DNA of 13,552 bases from contig JAQGDQ010000605.1 in assembly GCA_030141605.1 (NCBI GenBank), positions 1 to 13,552 on the forward strand, in the 5' to 3' direction. A program made the translations under genes and the position numbers. A model generated the notes under the pieces. That model did not search any database. It was given only the letters and a program-made list of their open reading frames with translations, and was not told where the DNA came from. Below are positions 1 through 9,903 of the stretch, in pieces. Positions within the stretch are counted from its first letter, which is position 1, and each line of letters starts with the position of its first letter. Source of the stretch: Tubiluchus corallicola (taxonomy: Eukaryota; Animalia; Priapulida).

Positions 1-3000
1 CATTGTATATGTAACTGTGCAGTACAAGTGTAACTTAATGCTGCATAGCACATTGTATATGTAACTGTGCAGTACAAGTGTAACTTAATGCTGCATACAT
101 AACTATGTAGTATAAGTGTAACTTAATGCTGCATACGTAACTATGTAGTATAAGTGTAACTTAATGCTGCATACGTAACTATGTAGTATAAGTGTAACTT
201 AATGCTGCATACGTAACTATGTAGTATAAGTGTAACTTAATGCTGCATACGTAACTATGTAGTATAAGTGTAACTTAATGCTGCATACGTAACTATGTAG
301 TATAAGTGTAACGTAGTGCTGCATAGCACGTTGTATATGTAACTATGTAGAATAAGTGTAATTTAATGCTGCATATGTAACTGTGTAGTATAAGTGTAAC
401 TTAATACTGCATATGTAACTGTGTAGCATAAGTGTAACTTAATGCTGCATATGTAACTGTGTAGTATAAGTGTAACTTAATGCTGCATATGTAACTGTGT
501 AGTATAAGTGTAACATAATGCTGAATAGCAGGTTGTATATGTAACTGTATAGTATAAGTGTAGCTTAATGCTGCATATGTAACTGTGTAACTTAATGCTG
601 CATATGTAACTGTGTAGTATAAGTGTAATGTAATGCTGCATAGCACATTGTATATGTAACTGTGCAGTACAAGTGTAACTTAATGCTGCATAGCACATTG
701 TATATGTAACTGTGCAGTACAAGTGTAACTTAATGCTGCATAGCACATTGTATATGTAACTGTGCAGTACAAGTGTAACTTAATGCTGTATATGTAACTG
801 TGCAGTACAAGTGCAACTTAATGCTGCATATGTAACTGTGTAGTATAAGTGTAACATAATGCTGAATAGCAGGTTGTATATGTAACTGTATAGTATAAGT
901 GTAGCTTAATGCTGCATATGTAACTGTGTAACTTAATGCTGCATATGTAACTGTGTAGTATAAGTGTAATGTAATGCTGCATAGCACATTATATGTAACT
1001 GTGCAGTACAAGTGTAACTTAATGCTGCATAGCACATTGTATATGTAACTGTGCAGTACAAGTGTAACTTAATGCTGTATGTAACTGTGCAGTACAAGTG
1101 CAACAATGCTGCATATGTAACTGTGTAGTATAAGTGTAACATAATGCTGAATAGCAGGTTGTATATGTAACTGTAGTATAAGTGTAGCTTAATGCTGCAT
1201 ATGTAACTGTGTAACTTAATGCTGCATATGTAACTGTGTAGTATAAGTGTAATGTAATGCTGCATAGCACATTGTATATGTAACTGTGCAGTACAAGTGT
1301 AACTTAATGCTGCATAGCACATTGTATATGTAACTGTGCAGTACAAGTGTAACTTAATGCTGCATAGTACATTGTATATGTAACTGTGCAGTACAAGTGT
1401 AACTTAATGCTGCATAGTACATTGTATATGTAACTGTGCAGTACAAGTGTAACTTAATGCTGCATAGCACATTGTATATGTAACTGTGTAACTTAATGCT
1501 GCATATGTAACTGTGTAGTATAAGTGTAATGTAATGCTGCATAGCACATTGTATATGTAACTGTGTAGTATAAGTGTAACATAATGCTGAATAGCAGGTT
1601 GTATATGTAACTGTATAGTATAAGTGTAGCTTAATGCTGCATATGTAACTGTGTAGTATAAGTGTAACATAATGCTGAATAGCAGGTTGTATATGTAACT
1701 GTATAGTATAAGTGTAGCTTAATGCTGCATATGTAACTGTGTAACTTAATGCTGCATATGTAACTGTGTAGTATAAGTGTAATGTAATGCTGCATAGCAC
1801 ATTGTATATGTAACTGTGCAGTACAAGTGTAACTTAATGCTGCATAGCACATTGTATATGTAACTGTGCAGTACAAGTGTAACTCAATGCTGCATAGCAC
1901 ATTGTATATGTAACTGTGCAGTACAAGTGTAACTTAATGCTGTATATGTAACTGTGCAGTACAAGTGCAACTTAATGCTGCATATGTAACTGTGTAGTAT
2001 AAGTGTAACATAATGCTGAATAGCAGGTTGTATATGTAACTGTATAGTATAAGTGTAGCTTAATGCTGCATATGTAACTGTGTAACTTAATGCTGCATAT
2101 GTAACTGTGTAGTATAAGTGTAATGTAATGCTGCATAGCACATTGTATATGTAACTGTGCAGTACAAGTGTAACTTAATGCTGCATAGCACATTGTATAT
2201 GTAACTGTGCAGTACAAGTGTAACTTAATGCTGTATATGTAACTGTGCAGTACAAGTGCAACTTAATGCTGCATATGTAACTGTGTAGTATAAGTGTAAC
2301 ATAATGCTGAATAGCAGGTTGTATATGTAACTGTATAGTATAAGTGTAGCTTAATGCTGCATATGTAACTGTGTAACTTAATGCTGCATATGTAACTGTG
2401 TAGTATAAGTGTAATGTAATGCTGCATAGCACATTGTATATGTAACTGTGCAGTACAAGTGTAACTTAATGCTGCATAGCACATTGTATATGTAACTGTG
2501 CAGTACAAGTGTAACTTAATGCTGCATAGTACATTGTATATGTAACTGTGCAGTACAAGTGTAACTTAATGCTGCATAGTACATTGTATATGTAACTGTG
2601 CAGTACAAGTGCAACTTAATGCTGCATAGTACATTGTATATGTAACTGTGCAGTACAAGTGCAACTTAATGCTGCATAGTACATTGTATATGTAACTGTG
2701 CAGTACAAGTGTAACTTAATGCTGCATAGTACATTGTATATGTAACTGTGCAGTACAAGTGTAACTTAATGCTGCATAGTACATTGTATATGTAACTGTG
2801 CAGTACAAGTGTAACTTAATGCTGCATAGTACATTGTATATGTAACTGTGCAGTACAAGTGTAACTTAATGCTGCATAGTACATTGTATATGTAACTGTG
2901 CAGTACAAGTGCAACTTAATGCTGCATAGTACATTGTATATGTAACTGTATAGTATAAGTGTAACTTAATGCTGCATAGTACATTGTATATGTAACTGTG

Positions 3001-3615
3001 CAGTACAAGTGCAACTTAATGCTGCATAGTACATTGTATATGTAACTGTGCAGTATAAGTGTAACTTAATGCTGCATAGTACATTGTATATGTAACTGTG
3101 CAGTACAAGTGTAACTTAATGCTGCATAGTACATTGTATATGTAACTGTGCAGTACAAGTGTAACTTAATGCTGCATAGTACATTGTATATGTAACTGTG
3201 CAGTACAAGTGAACAATTATGATTTAACTGTGAGTACAAGTGCAACTTAATGCTGCATAGTACATTGTATATGTAACTGTGCAGTACAAGTGCAACTTAA
3301 TGCTGCATAGTACATTGTATATGTAACTGTGCAGTACAAGTGCAACTTAATGCTGCATAGTACATTGTATATGTAACTGTATAGTATAAGTGTAACTTAA
3401 TGCTGCATAGTACATTGTATATGTAACTGTGCAGTACAAGTGCAACTTAATGCTGCATAGTACATTGTATATGTAACTGTATAGTATAAGTGTAACTTAA
3501 TGCTGCATAGTACATTGTATATGTAACTGTGCAGTACAAGTGCAACTTAATGCTGCATAGTACATTGTATATGTAACTGTATAGTATAAGTGTAACTTAA
3601 TGCTGCATAGTACAT
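1..3615. repeat. Compound minisatellite (core gtaactgtg...aagtgtaacttaatgctgcat; 27-, 38- and 50-bp units), presumably in TRAPPC10 intron 8; runs off the left edge
   Basis: Period 50 (1/51; 2510-3615), period 38 (101/139/177) and a 27-bp deleted unit (579-605). The marker ctgaatagcagg recurs at 521, 862, 1147, 1587, 1675, 2016 and 2307. Confidence 0.98.
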
Positions 3616-3809
3616 GACTTATAGCCTTATTTCTCTCTATTTAAAATAAAAAAATTAATTAATTTCAGAAGTTTAGAGGCATTAATTAACGGTAATTAGA
3701 GGTACACGGTATTAACATCAGTTTTTGCAATGTTCCTATTTTTTCATAAGAGATAGAATGAAATAAGTCTTATAAATACTGAAAATATTCGAGGTGTTGT
3801 CTGACATAC

Positions 3810-3956
3810 CTTTGCTCTTGCGTAGTTTCGCAGACTAGCTGTGTATAATGCGTGACCCGTGACTTGTTCCGGTCGTTTTACTTTATCACAAGCATCTAAC
3901 ACCTCCAGGCAGGTGAGAAAAACCCAGCAAGATACTGAACCAGGAGGTAAGTTTAT
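3810..3956 (-). CDS. TRAPPC10: TRAPPC10 coding exon 8 (INLPPGSVSCWVFLTCLEVLDACDKVKRPEQVTGHALYTASLRNYARAK)
   Basis: Not in the ORF track; translated by hand. 'PPG...CWVFL.CLEVL' motif. The in-frame acceptor is at 3958-3957 and the donor gtatgt at 3809; 147 nt. Confidence 0.9.
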
Positions 3957-4010
3957 CTAAAAAAACCCAGCACGATACTGAACCAGGAGGTAAGTTTATC
4001 TAAAAAAACC
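3918..4010. repeat. 43-bp tandem duplication spanning the exon 8 3' splice site
   Basis: aaaaacccagca(a/c)gatactgaaccaggaggtaagtttatctaa occurs at 3918 and 3961 with one mismatch. Confidence 0.95.
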
Positions 4011-4014
4011 ACAG

Positions 4015-4708
4015 CAGTTAACCTCAAATATAAGGCACTCGTTTATAAGGGGCCATCAACACCGGTCCCGATTTTTCGTAACGTTTTCCTACGTAAAAAT
4101 CTTCGTATATAAGGTACTCGGATAAAAGGGACTTTCGGTTATAAGGGACGATATCTTCAGATCCCGCATAAAAGAAACCCAGGTAAATTACGTCTCATAT
4201 AAGGGACCTATGATCAAAGCAAAAGTGATCAATTTTTAACCTCAATTTTTCTCAAACTCAGCCTTCAAACAGCTCGGTTTCTATGGTCACATACATCTCG
4301 CATCACTGAAGGAGCTTCCTACATACCGTTTGCACTGAATGTCTAGCAATAATCCATAAAAATATGGGTAAAAGTGCAGAAAGTACAGGTTTAGATACAT
4401 CCTCGGTCTGACTCAGTTGCGGCTATAAGAGACGGTTTTTTCAACTCAACTTCGGCTATAAGAAACGGTTTTTTCAACTCAGCTTCGGCTATAAGAGACG
4501 GTTTTTTCAACTCAACTTCGGCTATAAGAAACGGTTTTTTCAACTCAGCTTCGGCTATAAGAGACGGTTTTTTCGACTCAGCTTCGGCTATAAGAGACGG
4601 TTTTTCGACTCAGCTTCGGCTATAAGAGACGGTTTTTTCAACTCAACTTCAGCTATAAGAGACGGTTTTTTCCGGTCCGGAGGTGTCCCTTATATCTGAG
4701 GTTGACTA
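4015..4708. mobile_element. Non-autonomous DNA transposon (MITE), Tc1/mariner-pogo/Tigger-like
   Basis: Left end cagttaacctcaaatataaggcac; right end reverse complement tagtcaacctcagatataagggacac. TA follows the right end but is absent on the left. Repeated subterminal tataagRgac motifs and no ORF. Confidence 0.78.
4410..4672. repeat. 33-bp tandem array (x8) inside the MITE
   Basis: Unit cggctataagagacggttttttcaactca(a/g)ctt; ctataag at 4423, 4456, 4489, 4522, 4555, 4588, 4620 and 4653. Confidence 0.95.
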
Positions 4709-5513
4709 TATAAAAGTCTACAAACCAAAAAAGTCTACAAACGTAAGAAAACTCGACCACTTCTGCAAGCATAACAAAAACTTGTCGGGCAAGTACACAC
4801 TAAGTGTAAGGCTTGTATGGTACATGAAAAAAAAGGCAGTGAGTTAATAGGCAGACTGACCAAACTTGAGAAAAGCTTGTGGGAGGATAATGGAATCATG
4901 GAAGTTTTGAAGTTCGTACTTTTACTTCCTGTAGTGCTCGTTGAGAAACAAGGAACGATCTTAAATTAAACAAAAACAGTTACAGGTCTTGCCAATATGG
5001 TCTAGAAAAAAGCTATGCTTCAAATATACATTGACACAATAAACAAGTACTGTGTACTTCAGATACTGTGTATTTCAGGGTTCAGAATCATAATCCTAAC
5101 GGTTCATTACACTGCGACCTGGAATCCACCATTCAATATGGGCTTACTCAATAGTGATTTTGTTGTAAAGCCAAAAGCTAGTTTATTATGAAGAATAACT
5201 CTTGTAAAATCAGACACTGAAATTCCAGAGGCAGCATGCTGATGACAACATTTAATTGGCACACATCTTCTGCCAATGAGATAACAGCAAGGATCGGTAT
5301 GATGAATGAAACCGCCTAGAGGAAGTATTGAACCCAGTCTCTCACGAACTACTCATTGATAAGTCACATTGCTGCTTAACTTTGTTCGCAAAGCATACGC
5401 CATGACCACTCGGCTATTCAGCTCACCCCGTGTAATGGAGTACTTAAAATATTAAGCCCATTTTATCAGTTTTCTTGCCTGACATGAATATACACAGAAT
5501 AGCAAATTCTTAC

Positions 5514-5761
5514 CTCAAGCAGTTGGAGTTCATGAACGCAATTGTGCATGAAAGGAAGTGAACGTTGAGCAAGTTCAGACACGCGGTTCAATAACAACAA
5601 TAAGCTACATTGACGGAAGAACAAATAATTTCTGTAATCCAGTAGGGATGACTCGGCTTTACGAATCAACTCCCTTTTTGCATCATTTACTTCCGGACAG
5701 AGAGAGAGACCATCCCAGCATACACAGGGCCTCATAAAACTTGTCATCCATTCGGTTATAT
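5514..5761 (-). CDS. TRAPPC10: TRAPPC10 coding exon 7 (DITEWMTSF...SLLDYRNYLFFRQCSLL...HNCVHELQLLE)
   Basis: Within ORF 5466-5801. Acceptor atttag and donor gtaaga; 248 nt. Carries the 'LLD.R.YLF.RQC.LL' and 'HNCV.EL.LLE' motifs. Confidence 0.95.
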
Positions 5762-6200
5762 CTAAATAATAAAACATGCATAATGTCACAAGGCTTTGCA
5801 AAGCAAACTTGCCGTCTACTGATTCAATGATTCCTAAACCTAAACGTTATTATAATAAATTCAAAAATCTATCTGACAATGTTATTCAATAGCTTAGATG
5901 CTAGCACATTGGTAGTGAAAGCTGTAGAACAAACAAACAAACAGAGGTCACCAGGTTAACGATTAAGCATTTAGGTTTTGATTTCATGCGAATGTTGATG
6001 AAAGTTTGGCTACTAAACAGATGAATTCAGAAACCAGTAGGATTCCTGGACAGTCGTTATAGCGCAACTACAGACTTGATGAGCCGAACCGTTCGTGAAA
6101 CAACTTTTGTTATTCAAATAACAAATAGCAACATCACAAAGACTTTTGCTCTAATCGATGAAAAGATTTCTCTTCGTAATATAGATTTACATAAACGTAC

Positions 6201-6312
6201 CACCAGCACTGTAGTTTAATACGTATTGTGCGAAGAGTGCGTCAAGTTCATCGTACTGTACAAGCGCATCTTCATACTGTCCCAGTATCTCAAAAACAAA
6301 TGCTAGTTCCTC
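6201..6312 (-). CDS. TRAPPC10: TRAPPC10 coding exon 6 (EELAFVFEILGQYEDALVQYDELDALFAQYVLNYSAG)
   Basis: Within ORF 6187-6420. Acceptor tttgcag and donor gtacgt; 112 nt. 'EELAFVFE...EDALVQYDELDALF.QY' is highly conserved. Confidence 0.96.
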
Positions 6313-6833
6313 CTGCAAAAATTTCAATTCAGTCACTAATCCTACTAAATAATACTGCGTAATTGACTTCTTTATACATACAAGACAGAAGCAAATAATA
6401 CAATAAGGCCAACGTGGCACTCAAAATATTACAAGTTCTTGGCCCACCTCAAGCTTACTGGCCACTGTGAGAACACGGGGGGGGGGGGTGATCTTTTACA
6501 AGCTGACACACCTTAGCCTAGTACAGAAATGCACACGTCAGGGTACGGCAAGAGAAGAAGGATTAATCCAAAAAGAACAAACATGTGTTTACTGGACCAT
6601 TCCAAAATTTGTATGCCAATTTAATTTTAACGAATTAAAGTGAAAGGAAAAAGAAATGACGATAAATTCGGCTGAACCGAGAAAAATCCTAATAGAGAGT
6701 TATTAATTTTTCCCATTTTGAAACGATGGAAGTCTTCAGAAGTTGAATATCGATTATTAAAAGAGAAAGTGTAAATGAAATTAGAACTGCAATCAACTAC
6801 AGCACTTTGTAGAAAAAAAATCAATAAAATTAC

Positions 6834-7029
6834 CTGTAGCATGAAGTAATTGCAGAAACTCCAACCCGGCTCAGTACGACGTTCTCGTTGTGATCTCATG
6901 TTGTCCTCGAATCGACTGAGACAGCGATTGAGACCGTGCAGAATCAGGTGCCGTAACTTCTTCAGGAAGGCCTGCCAAGATTCCATGCTCTTGAGATCGC
7001 TCTTGAATGGTTCGTGCAGCACAAAGCAC
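6834..7029 (-). CDS. TRAPPC10: TRAPPC10 coding exon 5 (CFVLHEPFKSD...ESWQAFLKKLR...RTEPGWSFCNYFMLQ)
   Basis: Within ORF 6627-7085. Acceptor ttttcag and donor gtaatt; 196 nt. 'RTEPGWSFC.YFM.Q' is a hallmark TRAPPC10/Trs130 motif. Confidence 0.96.
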
Positions 7030-7137
7030 CTGAAAAGATTAATTTTCAATGTTAGCGTACAGTACCACGAAACCAAAATTTGCATTTCGTCACAATCAGT
7101 GTGACAACATTTTTTATCTTATAAATGAATTGCTGTA

Positions 7138-7668
7138 TTGTTGTTGGCATCCTTCTGTCTCGGAAGACAATGGAGTGTGCGCCAAGAGAGTCAGTTATTG
7201 ATCACACTGATGGAGCTGCAGCGTCGACTGTGGCTGAGCAATCCGATCCTTGAACGTCTCCAGGGCGCAAGCCTGGGCAAGGTGTATGGAGATCCTGAAT
7301 TGCCCAGACAACAAGAACCCCCTCTCCTCCTCCCTGGCATAGTCCCAAGGAAAGCGGAGCGATACGTTTGGCACCAGGTTGGGTGCAGGAGCTGTTGGAG
7401 CCAGTGAGCATGCTTCAATGGTCCGCCTTCGGGGCTCCACTCCTGATTTAGAAGGTTTACTCCTCTACACATAGCAGTTGGGTCACTTGACCTCCTCCGC
7501 CCTGTAGCCGTTGGCTGGTGTGCAGCTCCTCCGCCTAGTGTCGAGATACAGTGTGGGCATTCCCCGCAAGCCTACAGCACCTGGTATTCCTATGCGGTCA
7601 CCCATTCAAGCACTAACCAGGCTCTACGTTGCTTAACTTCAGACGAGAACCGGTGTTTTCAACATGAT
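7138..7668 (-). mobile_element. 5S rRNA-derived SINE (SINE3-type) with RTE-derived body and tail, left copy
   Basis: 5S-like head at 7668-7568 and a GC-rich body. The 3' part translates to 'SRIGLLSHSRRCSS' (like an RTE ORF C-terminus) and ends ...gtcttccgagacagaaggatgc-caacaacaa. Confidence 0.8.
7568..7668 (-). pseudogene. 5S rRNA-derived segment (5'-truncated, internal deletion) forming the SINE head
   Basis: gttgaaaacaccggttctcgtc...gaagttaagcaacg...gggtgaccgc...ggaataccaggtgctgtaggctt matches metazoan 5S. It lacks roughly the first 12 nt and the 'gatc' segment before box A, and has no T-run terminator. Confidence 0.9.
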
Positions 7669-8323
7669 TAAATTACTATATAGGTACTTGTCAACTTACA
7701 GTTTGAACAACTTACGACAGCTTGACTTTATGATATGAGCACAACTTGATTGATTAATTAATTACACAAAACTAACTATAACTCGTGTTTTCTTCTATGT
7801 TTTTAAACAAACCAACGTTAAGTAGCTTATTTGTTATCAGTTTTGACGAATTCATCCGTAGGCGGCGCCACCAGACATACTTCACATCATTTGCTTCACA
7901 ACCTCCCCAGCTTTTATTCTCACCTTAAAATATTCGAAAAAACTTTTACTACCCCCCCCCCCAATTTAATCGGATTTTAGATGAAATGGTAAAATTAAAG
8001 ATTAACGTACAGATAAGATACCAGTCAGGGTGTTATGAAAACCACATGAATCAGTAAACTGTCTTGTACTCAAAATGACACCCGGCTTTTCAAGAATGTA
8101 GCTAGTTGAATAACTATCCTAGGCCAGTATGACAAAGCTATGTAAGGGGCACACAGCTTGAATATACGGGTCCCCGACTTTCATCCAAGTTGCCTTGCAA
8201 CCAATCTGCCAAAACCAACTGTGGTCGTAAGTCAACAACTATTCGTATGCATTCTCAATATTGCACTAAATCTCTTACGCACTAATCTTATTTCTTTTAT
8301 CATTTTCTTTACCTTCAAATACG

Positions 8324-8365
8324 TACAGGGTGGGTCAAAAGTCATATTACACTTTCAGATGATTA
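8324..8365 (+). mobile_element. Solitary Tc1/mariner-like TIR fragment in the inverted-repeat spacer
   Basis: TA+CAGGGTGGGTCAAAAGTC resembles mariner-family MITE ends. No partner TIR was seen. Confidence 0.4.
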
Positions 8366-9086
8366 TTACCAAGCATCTGTGAATTCTATGACCAAATGAT
8401 AAAAGGTATTAGTACCAAATAAATGAGGCTCCTGCTACATTCACGACATCACATTTAACGCAACAAAAATAAAAAATAGAAATTTGATGTTGAAATTTTG
8501 TCATTTTATATCCTTCGTGCAATCACAAGTAATGATATAAGGGGTGACCACACAACGCAGAAAACGTGTAATGTGTGAGCAATAACAAAAAGTGTTTTTT
8601 ATATTAATACCACAATTTGATATCCTAAAAAGGATATTTGTCATACTGACCTAGGATAGTTATTCAACTAGATAAATTCTTGAATAGCCGGGTGTCATTT
8701 TGTGTCCAAGACAGTTTACTGATTCATGTGGTTTTCATAACACCCTGACTGGTATCTTATCTGTACGTTAATCTTTAATTTTACCATTTCATCTAAAATC
8801 CGATTAAATTGGGGGGAATAAAAGTTTTTTCGAATATTTTAAGTTGAGAGTAAAAGCTGGAGAGTTTGTGAAGCAAATGATGTGAAGTATGTCTGGTGGC
8901 GCCGCCTACGGATGAATTTGTCAAAATTGACAGCTATTTAATGTTAGTTTGTTTAAAAACATAGAAGAAAACACGAGTTATAGTTAGTTTTGTGTAATTA
9001 ATCAATCAAGTTGTGCTCGTATCATAAAGTCAGGCTGTCGTAAGTTGTTCAAACTGTAAGTTGACAAGTACCTATATAGTAATTTA

Positions 9087-9187
9087 ATCATGTTGAAAAC
9101 ACTGGTTCTCGTCTGAAGTTAAGCAACGTAGAGCCTGGTTAATACTTGGATGAGTGACCGCCTAGGAATACCAGGTGCTGTAGGCTT
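9087..9187 (+). pseudogene. 5S rRNA-derived segment (same truncation and deletion) forming the SINE head
   Basis: Six substitutions in 101 nt relative to the left copy. Box A-like AGTTAAGC and box C-like TGGATGAGTGACC are present. Confidence 0.9.
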
Positions 9188-9623
9188 GCGGGATGCCCAC
9201 ACTGTATCTCGACACTAGGCGGAGAAGCTGCACAAGCAGCCAACGACTAGAGGGCGGAGGAGGTCAAGTGACCCAACAGCCATGTGTAGAGGAGTAAACC
9301 TTCCAAATCAGGAGTGGAACCCCGAAGGCGGACCAGTGCAGCATGCTCACTGACTCCGGCAGCTCCTGCAGCCAACCTGGTGTCAAACGTATCGCTCCGC
9401 TTTCCTTTGGACTATACCAGGGAGGAAGAGAGGAGGTTCCTGTTGTCTGGGCAACTCAGGATCTCCATACACCTTGCCCAGTCGTGCGCCCTGGAGAGGC
9501 CATTCCAGTGGTTTAAGGATTGGACTGCTCAGCCACAGTCGACGCTGCTGCTCCATCAATGTGATCAATTACTGACTGGCGCACACTCCATCGTCTTCCG
9601 AGACAGAAGGATGCCAACAACAA
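9087..9623 (+). mobile_element. 5S rRNA-derived SINE (SINE3-type) with RTE-derived body and tail, right copy
   Basis: 5S-like head at 9087-9187, no T4 run in the body, and a 3' end reading 'AHSIVFRDRRMPTT' into a (CAA)3 tail. Confidence 0.8.
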
Positions 9624-9674
9624 TCAAGTAACACAAGCAATCTATTTTATTATTTACGTGAGAACAATTGTCAC

Positions 9675-9874
9675 CTGTCATTTTGCTTGCTGCAGAAATC
9701 ACTCTTTATCTTGTCAATAACGCTGGTCCTTGGGAGAAGGTTCGATTTCTTTCCTCTTTTGTTTTCAATATTAACAACTGCGATAATTAACCAGTCAGTA
9801 ATGTTGTGCTGCTTGAGGGTGTTTAGCCAAGATGTTATATCTGCTTTCAACGATGTCTTATACATGTCAACATC
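9675..9874 (-). CDS. TRAPPC10: TRAPPC10 coding exon 4 (DVDMYKTSLKADITSWLNTLKQHNITDWLI...LPRTSVIDKIKSDFCSKQNDR)
   Basis: Overlaps ORF 9671-9865. Acceptor atttag and donor gtgaca; 200 nt. Carries the 'DWLI' and 'LPRTS..DKI..DFC.KQ.DR' motifs. Confidence 0.95.
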
Positions 9875-9903
9875 CTAAATGAACAAATCTTATGTGTTTA
9901 ATG

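Larger units (their letters stand above)
7137..9624. repeat. Large inverted repeat: arms 7137-8136 and 8637-9624 with a 500-bp spacer
   Basis: The arms are reverse complements end to end, about 90-95% identical by eye with a few indels. 7958-8066 and 8707-8815 are perfectly complementary. Confidence 0.96.

Noticed and set aside
401-2508. Twelve overlapping minus-strand ORFs (MLCSITLHLYY...)
   Set aside because: These are translations of the minisatellite in several frames. Unit lengths of 38 and 50 are not multiples of 3, and there is no protein signal.
1-3615. CRISPR array
   Set aside because: There are no unique spacers, the units are contiguous tandem variants, the context is a eukaryotic intron, and there are no cas genes.
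4410-4672. CRISPR-like 33-bp repeats
   Set aside because: Pure tandem array without spacers, located inside a MITE.
9087-9187. Functional 5S rRNA genes (also 7568-7668)
   Set aside because: The 5' end is missing, so helix I cannot form. There is also an internal deletion, a box C substitution in each copy and no oligo-T terminator.
7138-9631. Paired small ORFs (MEPRRRT..., ITLMEL/QQRR...) as duplicated genes
   Set aside because: They lie in the GC-rich SINE body and are open in several frames on both strands. Only the short RTE C-terminal relic is meaningful.
7127-9634. Target-site duplication flanking the inverted repeat
   Set aside because: The flanks gaattgctgt and caagtaacac do not match.
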